From: Tubulanus polymorphus
Taxonomy: Eukaryota; Animalia; Nemertea
Length of the DNA stretch: 64,000 nt
Direction of reading: 5' to 3'
NCBI RefSeq assembly: GCF_964204645.1
Contig: NC_134025.1
Span: 4,774,001-4,838,000 of the forward strand
A program made the translations under genes and the position numbers. Below are positions 27,708 to 40,124 of this stretch, piece by piece (within the stretch, counting starts at the first letter, position 1; each line of letters begins with the position of its first letter). A model generated the notes under the pieces. The model made no database searches and had not been told where the DNA came from. It saw only the letters and a list, made by a program, of their open reading frames with translations.

Positions 27708-30700
27708 ATGGTTTATGAAGCGGAAAACATAACTGAAGATGAAGCAGCGTTGTATGACCGGCAAATCAGGCTGTGGGGTCTCGATGCTCAAAAACGGTAT
27801 GTTCTAATTTTCAATTCAATTCATACTTTATTGACTGGTAAGTGTTTTTTAAAACACTTTATCTTATATTCATGCTCCCCATTGATAATGAGCAGCATGA
27901 ATATAATTCATGAAATATATAAATCATCATAATTTATGAAATTGTGATGGTATGGGGATTTGTCCAACCAAGTCCAAGGCAAAGGTCTGACAGCAGCAGC
28001 CGGTTCATCTCGGTAAAATACATCATCTTGGTAATAAGGATGACCCTTCACAGGGGCTCGTATCAGAGTTGTAGATTAATTTAAAAACGATAATCTATAC
28101 ATCCAATGTCTACAATGTATATAAGATAACAAGGGGGCTAACGACGCTCACAAACTAGTCAACTTCAGTCACTTACTATTTTGTTATTCCTCATCCAATA
28201 CATTACCGATATATATATATACACTATAGACATTAGATTAATAGATTATCGTTTTTACAGTACCTACAACGAGCTGCCTACAACTCTTATACGAGCCCCT
28301 GTGGTCTGATTGGTAGTGTAGGCTTGTTTGATCCTACAAAAATGGCTTTAAACTTTCAAATTGTTTTTCATATAGTTTGCGTGCGGCATCTGTCCTCCTT
28401 ATTGGCTTAAAGGGTCTCGGTGCAGAAATTGCCAAGAATATTGTTCTTTCTGGAGTAAAATCAGTAACATTAATGGATCATTCAACTGTAAGCAAAAACT
28501 TCACAATCCATTTTGACTGTATGTTAAATTCTATCTGTTAAAGCAGTGAAATTCTTTCTTCAAAAACAGGTAACAGAAGAAGACGCTTCTGCCCAGTTTC
28601 TAGTATCAAGAGATGACGTTGGAAAAAATGTGCGCATTTCTCTTCTTTGAACTATGATATTTGCGAATAGAGTAAGTTATAATTTCCTATTCATTCTGTA
28701 TATTCTCAATTACAGCGAGCGGAAAGTTCCAAAGAAAACGCCCAGAAACTCAATCCGATGGTAACAGTTAGCGTCGATACCGATAAAGTTGCCGATAAAC
28801 CCGATGAATTCTTCACGAAGTTCAGAGTGATTTGCGCCACGTGTTGTTCGAAGGAAACCTTGCTGAGATTGAACAATTTAACCCGGCGACACGATATGAA
28901 ATTCCTCGCCGGCGATGTTTACGGATATTATGGTTTCTCATTCACTGACTTCATTCAACACGAATACGCTGAGTGAGTTTATTTGTCTTTTAATTGAAAC
29001 TTAAATTAAAAAAAGAAAATTTCTGCGGGTAAGAAAACATTCTAACAGGAATTACTTATTACTTATTTAGATCAATGATCTACGAATGTCATCATCTTTT
29101 TATAGTTGGGTTGTCTGCGAATTTTGATGTTCGTCATCCCTCGCTTGTTTCGTTTTACTGTTATCATTGTATTCGGTATCGCCACTAATTTCTACCACTT
29201 CGACAACGGTTCCTGTAAGATCCTGTTCTGCTGTCGTGTCATTCTCAAAACCATCATTTGTTTCGCCATTTCCTGATTCGACGTGAGAGCTATGGGGCTT
29301 CGGGTCCGCCGGGTCATCGCTCTGCGGACAAACCTCTGAAGGTTCCTGTTTATTGAAAATAAACGTGCGTAGCAGTATCGGTATGAGCACGAGCAATCCG
29401 AATATAATCGCCGATACGAAGGCTACAATTGTTCTAGTATCGATGTTCAGTAATTCCTTCATTGTTGAAAATTCGAAATAGTTTAAGCCCCATTTCGTGA
29501 TGATGGTACCATTCGTTCCGTTAACTACGCAGTGGTAAAGTCCATTGAAACTCTTCTCCATTTTTGTAATGGAAAATGTCCCGCTGCTTACTTTCCTGTT
29601 GCTATCGCTCCAGCCATCGCTAACACTCGTACCATTTGGCAATAACCATTCCATGCTGCCTACGATTTTCGTGAGAAGTGGGTTACAGTCTAGACTATAT
29701 TGAGACTCCATCGGTACCATAATCAACCACTTTCTACTGACCCCTTCACTTTGGTCCATGGCCATGAGACATATCGTGGCCAAGACAAAAAACTTCATCT
29801 ATGAAACAAAAAATGACGTATTTGTTACTTGCAAGGATGTCAATATTTTCAGTACAAACTAAATCTCAAAAAATGATGGAATTACCAATCATCACCTATG
29901 AGATTAAAGATTTTTACCTTGAAATAAATGTATGGAATACACGCAGCGGAAATCCTATCCTTTGAATATATAGATAATGAATCATATCAATGGAGCTATG
30001 TGGGTTTTATTATAATCCACAATCTCAAAGTCATAACCAGTGACCTATCTATATCTGTGAATGATAAAAGGTCAGATTCCAATTTGTCCAAAGAAAATAT
30101 TCTTCTCACTCTACTATCCATGTTCTAGTTTACTATTTCGAGGCTTCATGTTTTATCTTACATGCTTAATATAATGTCAGTGATACTATCCCTTCAGGGA
30201 AATAACTAAAATGAAGAATGATGACAGCAAAGGTGACGAAAACAACGAACCACCAGCTAAAAAGAAGAAGACGACTGAGACTACTGTCGTTAGAAAGGTG
30301 AAGATCAAATTCTTATCACTGATTTTCACCCTATTTCAATTAAAAGAACATCGAGATAAATAGTGCTACTAAACATCCCATGATATTATATACCAGTAAT
30401 CAAGGCTTTATTTGTCATATGCATACGTCTCCAAAAAGTGTTTATTCTTAAAATGTGACCGATATATTTGTAGGAAATGGAATTCTCATCTCTACAAGAT
30501 TCACTACACATTGACTGGACTGGTGATAAATATAAAAATGAACTGAAACGAACTCCGAAAGGTTACTTTATAACGCAAGGTAAGAACTCATCATTTTTTA
30601 CTATGATAATAAGAATGATATCTAATTCTGCTTCCTGTAATCTTGTTGAGAGGGAAGAGTTTTAAGTTGTAATCGTACCGTAATTCGTTTTAGTCATGAT

Positions 30701-31401
30701 GGCATTTCTGGAAAAGTTTGGCCATCTACCGAACTCAAAAACGCATTTAGAAGACAAAAAACAGTTGCTGAACATCAGATCTGAAGTTCTCAATGCATTA
30801 AAGGTTGACAGTGATATTTTGACCGAAGATTTTATTCAGTAAGTCATGATTGAAATACTTAACCTAACTGTAGTTTACCATCTTTTTATTGGATCTCACT
30901 AACTAACAGCCAAATTTGATGTTTTTAGGCATTGTATTGGGGAACTGAGTCCGGTATGTGCTGTTGTTGGTGGTATAATGGGACAAGAAGTTATTAAGGT
31001 AATTTTCAATTTGGGATCATTCATTTATTACGTACGCATAAATTTGAATTTTTCAACCCCCCCTCCCCCCTGTACGCAAAATCGGCCATTTTTTCATATA
31101 CATTAAGCATTACAGTACGCAATTGCACTGACCCCTCCCCCTCCCCAAATGCGTAGGTAATAAATGAATGACCCCTTTTCTAGAAAAGACATTCAATCAA
31201 CTATAGAACTGATCCTGATGTAGTTAGTACTGCTATGGACGTAGTTTTGGACTAGAAATGAATTGAGTTTTCTCTAAAATGATGTTGTTCTGCTTTTGCT
31301 ATATTTTGCAGGCTGTTTCCCACAAAGACGCTCCTCTTCGAAACTTCTTTTTCTTCGATGGTACTGAGGGATGTGGGTTAGTAGATAATATCGGTGGATG
31401 A
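27708..31401 (+). CDS. SAE1: SUMO-activating enzyme subunit 1 (Aos1), about 9 exons
   Basis: [79 protein letters not shown]-like [47 protein letters not shown] at 31399-31401. Confidence 0.96.
29100..29798 (-). CDS. Nested single-pass membrane protein with one Ig-like domain (232 aa)
   Basis: Uninterrupted ORF inside the SAE1 intron 28973-30197. It has a signal peptide ([14 protein letters not shown]), an Ig pattern (LDC...EWLLPNG...[18 protein letters not shown]), a TM segment ([20 protein letters not shown]) and an acidic tail. A splice acceptor (tttcatag) lies directly before the ATG. Confidence 0.85.
   Translation of the reverse strand: MKFFVLATICLMAMDQSEGVSRKWLIMVPMESQYSLDCNPLLTKIVGSMEWLLPNGTSVSDGWSDSNRKVSSGTFSITKMEKSFNGLYHCVVNGTNGTIITKWGLNYFEFSTMKELLNIDTRTIVAFVSAIIFGLLVLIPILLRTFIFNKQEPSEVCPQSDDPADPKPHSSHVESGNGETNDGFENDTTAEQDLTGTVVEVVEISGDTEYNDNSKTKQARDDEHQNSQTTQL
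31013..31174. mobile_element. MITE in the last SAE1 intron
   Basis: About 27-bp terminal inverted repeats gggatcattcatttattacgtacgcat / atgcgtaggtaataaatgaatgaccc, with internal cccctcccc tracts. Confidence 0.8.
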
Positions 31402-32222
31402 AAACTGGTACTTGTAGCGACTCACACTTCATCCAAATATCATTTATATATTTGCAATCATCCTTTTGTATTCAAGTTTCATTTTTACAATAAAAAAGTC
31501 ATCGATACGTAATTCATTCATTGCGTATTTGTGTTGTTTTCTCTGACTGGACCCTTGGGATAATCGTTTTGATTCACTGTCAGCCACATTTCTAGGCCGG
31601 ACTCTCCCTGCTTGCCGTGTACACTGGTATCAGCGATGGATTTGTCCCCAGTTCACGCGCATGGCCGGTTAGCTAGCTAGCTGCGTTCGCGCGTGGCTAC
31701 AACTTATTAGCTGTCACGTAACCATGGTGAGTTATATTTGCCCAACTATCACAATAATGATATCTCGAACCATTTTCAGGATTGATTCCGGCAATTTTAT
31801 TGCAGTTCCCTGATTGATCAACGAACGCTATAAAACCTTTAGTACAGTGTATTTAATACTATTTGCCACTAGCACTGACTACGTGGCTCGACCTGACTGT
31901 GACAACCGCATTGTATTTACATACATGACATACTTGGTTACTCAAATATAACACCCGTACTGTTATTTTCCTAGTTTGACCACCGACTGGGCTAATAGAT
32001 ATCTTGTTTGATATTAATCATTGTCAAACGGAACTTTTACCAAATTGGTAGATTGTCAATCGAAGAAAAGGCGTTCAGTTATGTGCGAACCTCGCAATTG
32101 AAATACAACGTTAGAAACTTTACTAGTTTCGATGACTTCCACATACACTATATTACAATGGAATATTTCATATTTTCGTAAATATTGTTAATAGTTCGGA
32201 TAAAAAAATACGCGACCAAAAC

Positions 32223-35200
32223 ATGGATTCGGATATAACTGAACAGGTAATATGATTCGACTGACGATGTTTTAATTATTTTCGAACTTAATTTCTATAA
32301 AGTTTTTATCAAGAAGTGTTCGTTTCCTTACGACGGCAAATTCTCAATTACAAAATAAAATTCTATTGGACCCAATTTTTCCGAATACGAAATGTCGGTA
32401 CTAAATTTTCCTAGTGTTTTTCAAGGTACCTAAACGCCAGTTATTTTTTTCTCCTAATGTATCGCCGCAATAGGAACCTATTCATAGCGACAACCCAGTT
32501 TTTTTCATCGTAATTCAATGCGCAAAATTCCTTTTAAGCTTATGTACTATACCCCTACGACACTTTGAAACTACAATTCCTTGGCCTATATGTATATCTA
32601 ACGTAATATAATATGTCATACGTGCGTTATATATTTTTAATTCTCATTTCTTGTTATTGTCTATTTAAAAAGTCGCTAAAACCGCTCTGCTTTATCATGT
32701 CCCTGACAATATTAATTCGTCAAACAACACACATAAATAAGTTGTCGCTTTATTATATATCATAAACAGCGTCGTTTATGAGGCCCTTAAGACATAATAA
32801 TAACGGTAATTTACCATGGAGGACGCCCTTTCGAATAAAACGTATGACTCGTAACTAATTCCTTCCTGTAGATATCTAATTTGTTTACGTCTGCTGTAAC
32901 TGTTATTACCTGTTCACGTGGAGATTAATCTCTTAATTTACGTGGAAAAAATCGTTATATGGCGTGTACTAATAACAGGGCTGCACTTAGCGAGGGGTGC
33001 CCTTCGTCATCATAAATGAAATTTAATTTTGAAATGCAAAATGAATTCAGTCATCCAGTCACTCGAAGAACGGCTATCATGATATTCTAAAATGTTTCAC
33101 GGAAATTACAGAAAAGTAAATTTGAATTTTCATTTTTCATCTTTATTGCCCTAAGAGCCCCGTTGATGGAATAGTTGCTAACGGTCTTCGCGAACCGTCA
33201 GTTATGGATACTATCCGCGAAGAAGACGACTCAAAATCCGAGTATGGTGCCGGCGAAGAAGTAGTTTTACCCGAGCAACGACCGCGAACTACGAGCGCCA
33301 AATTACCTTCCCTGAAAACCAGAGCGAAATTCGTTCGGACACCGGATTCGCAAGTCGATACGACGAACACCGAACAAATCCTGATCACAGAAATTAAACC
33401 TAAAGACGACGAAGATTACGAGGAATTAGGCGAGGAGCAGAACGAAGAAACTGCAGAGGAAACAGACGATACTGTGTCCGATATAACGGACAGCGAACAC
33501 GAGAAGGTCGCAGTGATTGAAGATGATTATGATACCGATTTAGAAAACGAGGGTACGACGGGTTGAATCAGCTTACAAAGAACTAATTGCGCTGGTTAAT
33601 AATCGGGGCCAATTATTCTTCGTCGCTCATTGAAATTCGAGCTCAGAAAAAACCAATATTCGATACCAAATATGCGCGCATGCAATTTATCAAACATAGT
33701 CATAATGCCCCAAAACACACTGTCATTTGATCACGAAACCAATCTATCTTGAAATGACATTTGATATTCAATTTGTATCAATTTGTAAGAACAACAATAA
33801 TTGTAACTGAATACAGACGACAGCTCTTATTTTGAAAAGTCACGAATAATTGCAAGCCATATCTATTTTGTCTTTCGATGCAGAACTAGAGGCCGAACAG
33901 CACGATCTGACCGGGCGACATTCCTACGTAAAATTGTGCGAACAATTGGGGGTTGTCCCGTGTTCGTATTTCGTGCGTCACATAACGGAACCACAAATAG
34001 TGATGAAGCATCATGGACTCGGACCAGCAGGAACTATGGCGATCGCTAAAGTGCTCAAGGTACATTCCAAAAACCCTTCGGAGTCAACAAAAAACATTTA
34101 CGAAGATCGGCTGAGGGGAAAATCGTGCGCCTGAAAATCATCCTACGAACACAAAATTCACTTAGAAAAATGTTAGATAAATATCAAATAGAAACTAGAT
34201 CAATTTTGGCGTCGAACACGTCACAAAAGAACCTGATATTAATGATTAAGATGTGAATAAATCTATGCGAGAAAAAGGTTCGTCAATCTTTATGGTGTCA
34301 AGTTTTACGAATTACCAAAGCGTGCACTGCAAATAGAAAAACAAAAAGAAAATGTTTTTATCAAGACTTTAAAAGACATGACGTGAATATTCGATAATAG
34401 ATATCGTTTTCTTATAGCTTACACTTCTATGTAGTGGGCTTTTGATAATTATCATCTATTCTGTTGTTATTCCACTATAACGTGTAGCTTTTTATATACA
34501 TATTTTTCTAATGTTCAGGATAATATAACTCTGGAAAAGATAGACCTGCAAGGCAACTGGATGGAGGCAGATGGTGGTCGGTATATAGCAAAAATGATGG
34601 AGGACAATTACTACATCACTGAACTGGTATATAACACCAGGAACCGCACGTTGAGTTTCATCGTGACGGAGCCTGCGCTTATGAATATTACATAACGCTC
34701 TTGTCTCACTATAAGCTTAATATATTACCAAGAAGAATTGTTGATGTCAGCGTTTATGGGCAGTAGCGGGAGATGTCGTTCCCGTGATTTTACTTGGCTT
34801 ACTTCATAATACGCATGAGTGGCACTGTGCATCCATTATTTACGACGATATTAAGCGGCATGCGAGCGATGTTTCTTCTGCGTTTATGAACAATGATAAA
34901 TGAATTGAGTCGTTCGTCTCGTTATCCGTGTAACCCCAGGAACCTCATTTACAACGATAGCATTGAATATTTAGATCGTCAGCTTTTTATTTGTACTGTA
35001 TATATTAACCATAACAATGATTCCCATGATGATTTCCACGCACTAGGAAATTCCGTTAACCCTATCGACACGGGCGGTGGGAATGCGTCTGATGATGTAA
35101 CCGAATGCCCAGATTGTAAAAAAAATCATGTTCAAACCCATCTGTGTATTAATTCATAATCATTCTTTAGGTTTTAGCTGACAATAAATTAGGTACAGAA

Positions 35201-37142
35201 GGGGCCTATCACATTTCGCGTATGCTCACCGTCAACACCACACTAAGGAAAATTGACTTATCAGGTAGATAACTACCCGTTAACTGTGAGCGGAGAAAAC
35301 TTTATTTCAATCTCTGGTCACGTCATTTGAAATTATGAAATATATAAAAATACTTTTTGATTACAAACAGAGAATGGTCTTGAAGACCGCGATAGCGAAT
35401 ATTTTGCCGAGGTACTGGATGACAATAAGGTTCTTAGCTACCTGAGATTAAGTGGCAATGCATTTGGGATTCGATCTGGACATGTGCTCGGCCAGGCTAT
35501 AGGTGACAACTATCGAATTGAAATTTTAATATGTCTAAACTTGCGGGCAAACGTATAAATTGCTTTCCGTTTCTTTTCAATCAAGCTGGGAATGATACTC
35601 TCGAACATCTAGATCTTAGCTGGAATGAGATACGAAGATCTGGTGCGATAGCGATAGCACAGGGTTTGAAGGTAAAATTAGTGTTCATACTCGCCAAAGA
35701 TCTTCCATATCGTGCATGCGGAAACTCGCGGAAGTACTGCATAACGACGCATAGGTTAATTCGCTCGACACTCAACGCATTTATCACATTTATCCGCTTC
35801 TAAAATCTCCCCGTTCTCATGTTGCAACAGGAAAATGTGCGGATAAAATCCTGCGATCTGTCATGGAACGGATTTGGCGAAGAGGGAGGATTAGCGATTG
35901 CGGAAGCGTTGACAGTGAATAGTACTCTGATCGAGTTAGACCTTACTGGTAACCGTCTTAACATTGTATGCGCTGAAAAGATTGCTAAAGCTCTAGGAAT
36001 TAACGACTGTCTCCAGACGCTCAAGGTATCACTAGCCTGTAGACTGCTTTCAATACGAACAATAATTCTAATTCCCTGTATCGATAGCTGTTCACAGAAA
36101 TTCGCATTTCGTCTATTTATTTAGCAAATCGTGTTTGGTTTGATTGATGTTTATCTTTTTACTCGTTAGATTGGAAATAATCCGATTTCAACTGCAGGAG
36201 CGATTTCAATTGTATCAGCGATCAACGCTAGTGAAAGTTCCGCCATCACTGTTCTAGATCTGACGGTGAGATTTGTGCCTGACGATGAAAACTGTTAATC
36301 TATGATTCGATTTACCAGTCATGGATGTCCTTTTATTGGCCACTATACTTTAGCCAAAGCGTGTAATGAATCGATTTCGTAAACGGCTGTTGTTATATCC
36401 CAATTCTAGGATATACCAGTGGAATTCGAGTTCATTCGTATCGTCGAAGAAATACAGATGAAGAGACAATTTCAGGTCGTTCACGGAAACCTGATGAGAT
36501 CCGGTAACACGACAGCCGATATCGGTAAACCCGGCGTCGACCCGAACGTTAAAGACCCGCTGATCGTGCTCAAAGAACACATAGTCGTCAACGATCTAAG
36601 AATCGTCGACGCCCTGAAAAAGTTTGATCCCGGTGATACGTTGTGCGTATCACCTGACAATTTCATGCAAGCTTTAAGCGTGAGTCTTTACGATTTTCAA
36701 ATGTATCCATCAATACAACATTACGCTACTGTTACTGATGAGAGTACTGTCAAACGAAATGATTCTGATCTTCATTTACTAATTTTAGGAACTGGAGATT
36801 CGTTATAAACGATCGCAGATAAATGATATAACACATAAATTGGACAAATTCAACAATGGTACTATCTATTACGGGTAAGCTCCGTTCCTGATACACTGTC
36901 ACTTTTTCCACCCTTTGCCGGTTTTCGATCATGACTAAGGTTTTCATTGGTTTTAAAAGGCGTTTTAGTCATACAAATATTCGTCAATGCTTCGAATATA
37001 TACAGATCTGTTGAAATGATCAGATCATTTCAAATTCTCTGACATTTCTTTCAGAGACTTCATTCCTCCAGAAGGTCCAGAACGAGGGGAAGAGGATTTG
37101 GGCGCGGTCATAAACAAGAAGAAAGCCTCAATTACAGAGTGA
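32223..37142 (+). CDS. LRRC74A: LRRC74-like leucine-rich repeat protein with a C-terminal EF-hand-like pair
   Basis: Acidic N-terminus ending DYDTDLE, then YVKLCEQLGVVPCSYF, MKHHGLGPAGTMAIAKVL and RI-type LRRs (LEHLDLSWNEIR, DLSWNGFGEEGGLAIAEAL, LIELDLTGNRL). The C-terminus has FDPGDTLCVS and LDKFNNGTIYYGDF. The start exon 32223-32246 is inferred from frame compatibility with the acceptor at 33155. TGA at 37140-37142; AATAAA near 37255. Confidence 0.85.
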
Positions 37143-37371
37143 TCCTGTGCGTTCACCTCGTGAACGAACTTGTAGATAGTCTATAATTTGAGTGAAACTC
37201 ATTTCTATTCAGTTATGTTTGGGCAAATTTATTTTTATAATCACCATCAGCGTAATAAAAACTATATCTATGATTTATTTTTCCATAATCGACCGACTTG
37301 TCTCCTTATCAGAATCTATGAGCGTTGAACATCTTCGAGTACAAGATGCCTACAGTTCCCCTAAGACCATA

Positions 37372-37540
37372 CAGTCAACCCCCAATATATCGCCCTCCCA
37401 TTTACCGTCACCCGCCTACTGCCAGGCTTTCTCGATGTATATCTCAGTACAAATACATAGTAAAACATCCCCGATATACCGCCATACTCTCTATACCGCC
37501 AGAATCGTTCTGCACCGATGTGGGCGGTATATCGTGGGTG
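37372..37540. mobile_element. Second, more degenerate copy of the Tc1/mariner MITE at 3144
   Basis: Begins TA-CAGTCAACCCCCAATATATCGCCC and shares the internal sequence atacatagtaaaaca...gttctgcaccgatgtgggcggta. The right TIR is truncated or interrupted. Confidence 0.8.
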
Positions 37541-40124
37541 TATTATCATTACTTGCACAAACCGAGTTCGATAGACCCAAAAAATCTATGAATTGTGCGG
37601 GATCAGTTGACTGGAGACTGGTAGATTTTTTACAATTTTAAACGTTTTACAAACACAATGGCCCATTATACAACACTATCCATCAAAACGGACTGATCAG
37701 AGGCTATGGATACACAAGACTTGATGTATTTCATTTTTTACTTTTCATACGTATTTTATTTATTGTATGTGTGAATCAATCATACATGTACAACTAATTA
37801 TTGTTTTTATCATGATTATAGAAGTGAGTAGCAACTATTAGAATATCTATTACACGAACACCTATCAGTAGTATTATATTTTACTATTATTACCATTAAA
37901 CCATCATTAATCATTACTAATGTTTATGAACAGTAATCAGGTAGTAATCAATACTACACGTGATCGTATTTGTAGGTACTAAAACGGTACATATACATTC
38001 GCAAGCATTCTAGACAATACAATCATTATATCATTAAAACTACCATACTGAATAATAGAGCACATTAAAACACAATATTTGTTTTACATTATCATTACCA
38101 TGCATTTAATAGTACAAAACAGCTCATTAATATACAGTTCGTTTGTAAAATACATCAGAAAATACGCATCATTGTTTTATGTAGGTTTTCTTTTTTAAAT
38201 ATCATTTTATTCACATGCTCACAGAGACAGATGCACCACACACGCATGTATGAGCAACGACCAACTTATGTTTATACAAAATATGGATAAATACCTAGCA
38301 TCAGTCAACCGAAAAAAATGCTGGTTTCATGAATGAATTGTAATGCGGGTCAAGATGAAATTATTGACTTATGCAGTGCATAAAGAACAATTTTTAGGTT
38401 AAGTGCAAAAACCTACTATTACAAGTTATTAAGCTCGAGTGAATTTTCCCAAAAAAGTGGATATGGGTTAGAATAACGTAGTAGCCTAAAAGCTTTCAAA
38501 CATTTTCAAAAAGTGCATTATTACCCAATCTTACAAATTTTCCAATTTCGATGAAGAGAAAATATGAATAATATAAAAAGACCGATTTTTTCTAAAATAC
38601 TCCTACTCATACATCTACGTCATGTATATTAAAATCTTTAAAAAATGTTAAAACAACGAATGATTTTTCTATACAGGGCTAACTACTGCAAAAAACAATC
38701 ATATATGAATAATGTTTGAATATGTCCTCATACAATGTATAATGAATAATGTAGATGAAATGTGCGTAAAATATAACCGTTAAAATACGAACAAGCATGC
38801 CAGGCCAACCCACACGCAGCTAGATTTGACTTAAATTTCGAGTGCCGGTATTGTGAAATTGGGACTTCAACAGCTATAGAGATGGGCCTGCATGTCCTGT
38901 AAACAAGCATGGTGTATATCAATTTCTACGAGCGACGCAAGCATTAATAGTCCTGACCTTTTTAAGGTTTGAAAAATCAACAAATTTAATACCGGAAATT
39001 CATGATTATCTTTCTTCCAAATGTCAATTCATTCATTTCATGATCATTCATTTAATGAAGTACGTAGCCAATCTGAGAAAAGAGCTCAGTGGCGAAAATA
39101 GTGTAAAATGTAAAAGATTACCCTGAAATTTATCAAAACGAAGGCAGCATGAAATAAATACAATGCTATGCATCTGATCTGATCAGACTACATGAATTAA
39201 TTATGAATAGATCAAATATCATCCAACACATTGTAAAATCAATCTGAAATAACAGCCATATGCGCCGTAAATTCAATTAGGTTCGAAATCTATGTTTCGT
39301 GATTGAGTTGTTCGAAATCATTATTCTTAATCGTCATAAGAGTATCTGATATCAGTCATAATAATTCAGACACACGTCTACGCACAAGAATCACCTCCAC
39401 ATATTCATAGTCTATTGAAATGTCACCGGTCACTTTTACTGAAGACTTTGTATATAAGATACAATGAATGCGCAGAGGTATCATTATTGAATACCTCACT
39501 ATAAGCTACTTACGCAGTAAGATTCTTCACATAATCAGATAAGTAAATTTGAAATCGCTTTTTGTTAAATTTTCTCATCGTTACATCATCGTTTACACAG
39601 TATGTACTAAGCCTCTAGTGAAAATATCCAGAGATACACAGCTAAATCACAAAACCAAATCCATGAGACAAACGGTTTTTTTTCATGAGTTCATATTAAG
39701 TTATTTCAGTACGACGCAATATTTGAATAATGAAGTCATAATATTATGCACAGTTCCGAATTAATAAGCAACTACAATCGTAGTTTATCTCAGTAATATG
39801 GATGGAATATATGAAATACGAATGACTCCATGCAACTTTTTTCACCATTACATACAATTATATGCATATCATATAGAACAATTAATTATTTACATCTTTC
39901 TGCAGTTGAATGTATGGAATATGAAGGCGGCGGCGGCTTTTTCGAGATAAGTTTCTCTGCGAATATTTTTTACAATGATGAATAATGAGTAGATGATAAT
40001 GTTTGATGTCGATGATTGACGGATAACCACCACACACTCACACCTCATGAAAAACAAGATTCACCCTTTCCATATTTCCATGCGTTATCTTTCGTACGGC
40101 TGCTTAAAATCGTTGGGACGTTGT

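Noticed and set aside
37192-37641. 149-aa ORF and the similar 3118-3303 ORF (YSQPPIYRPPIYRHP)
   Set aside because: These are chance translations of the shared non-coding MITE.
37700-40120. Apparent gene-free gap possibly hiding a gene
   Set aside because: It is AT-rich with only short motif-less ORFs. It is most simply the long 3' UTR of the PARP gene, with a minus-strand AATAAA near 37755-37765.
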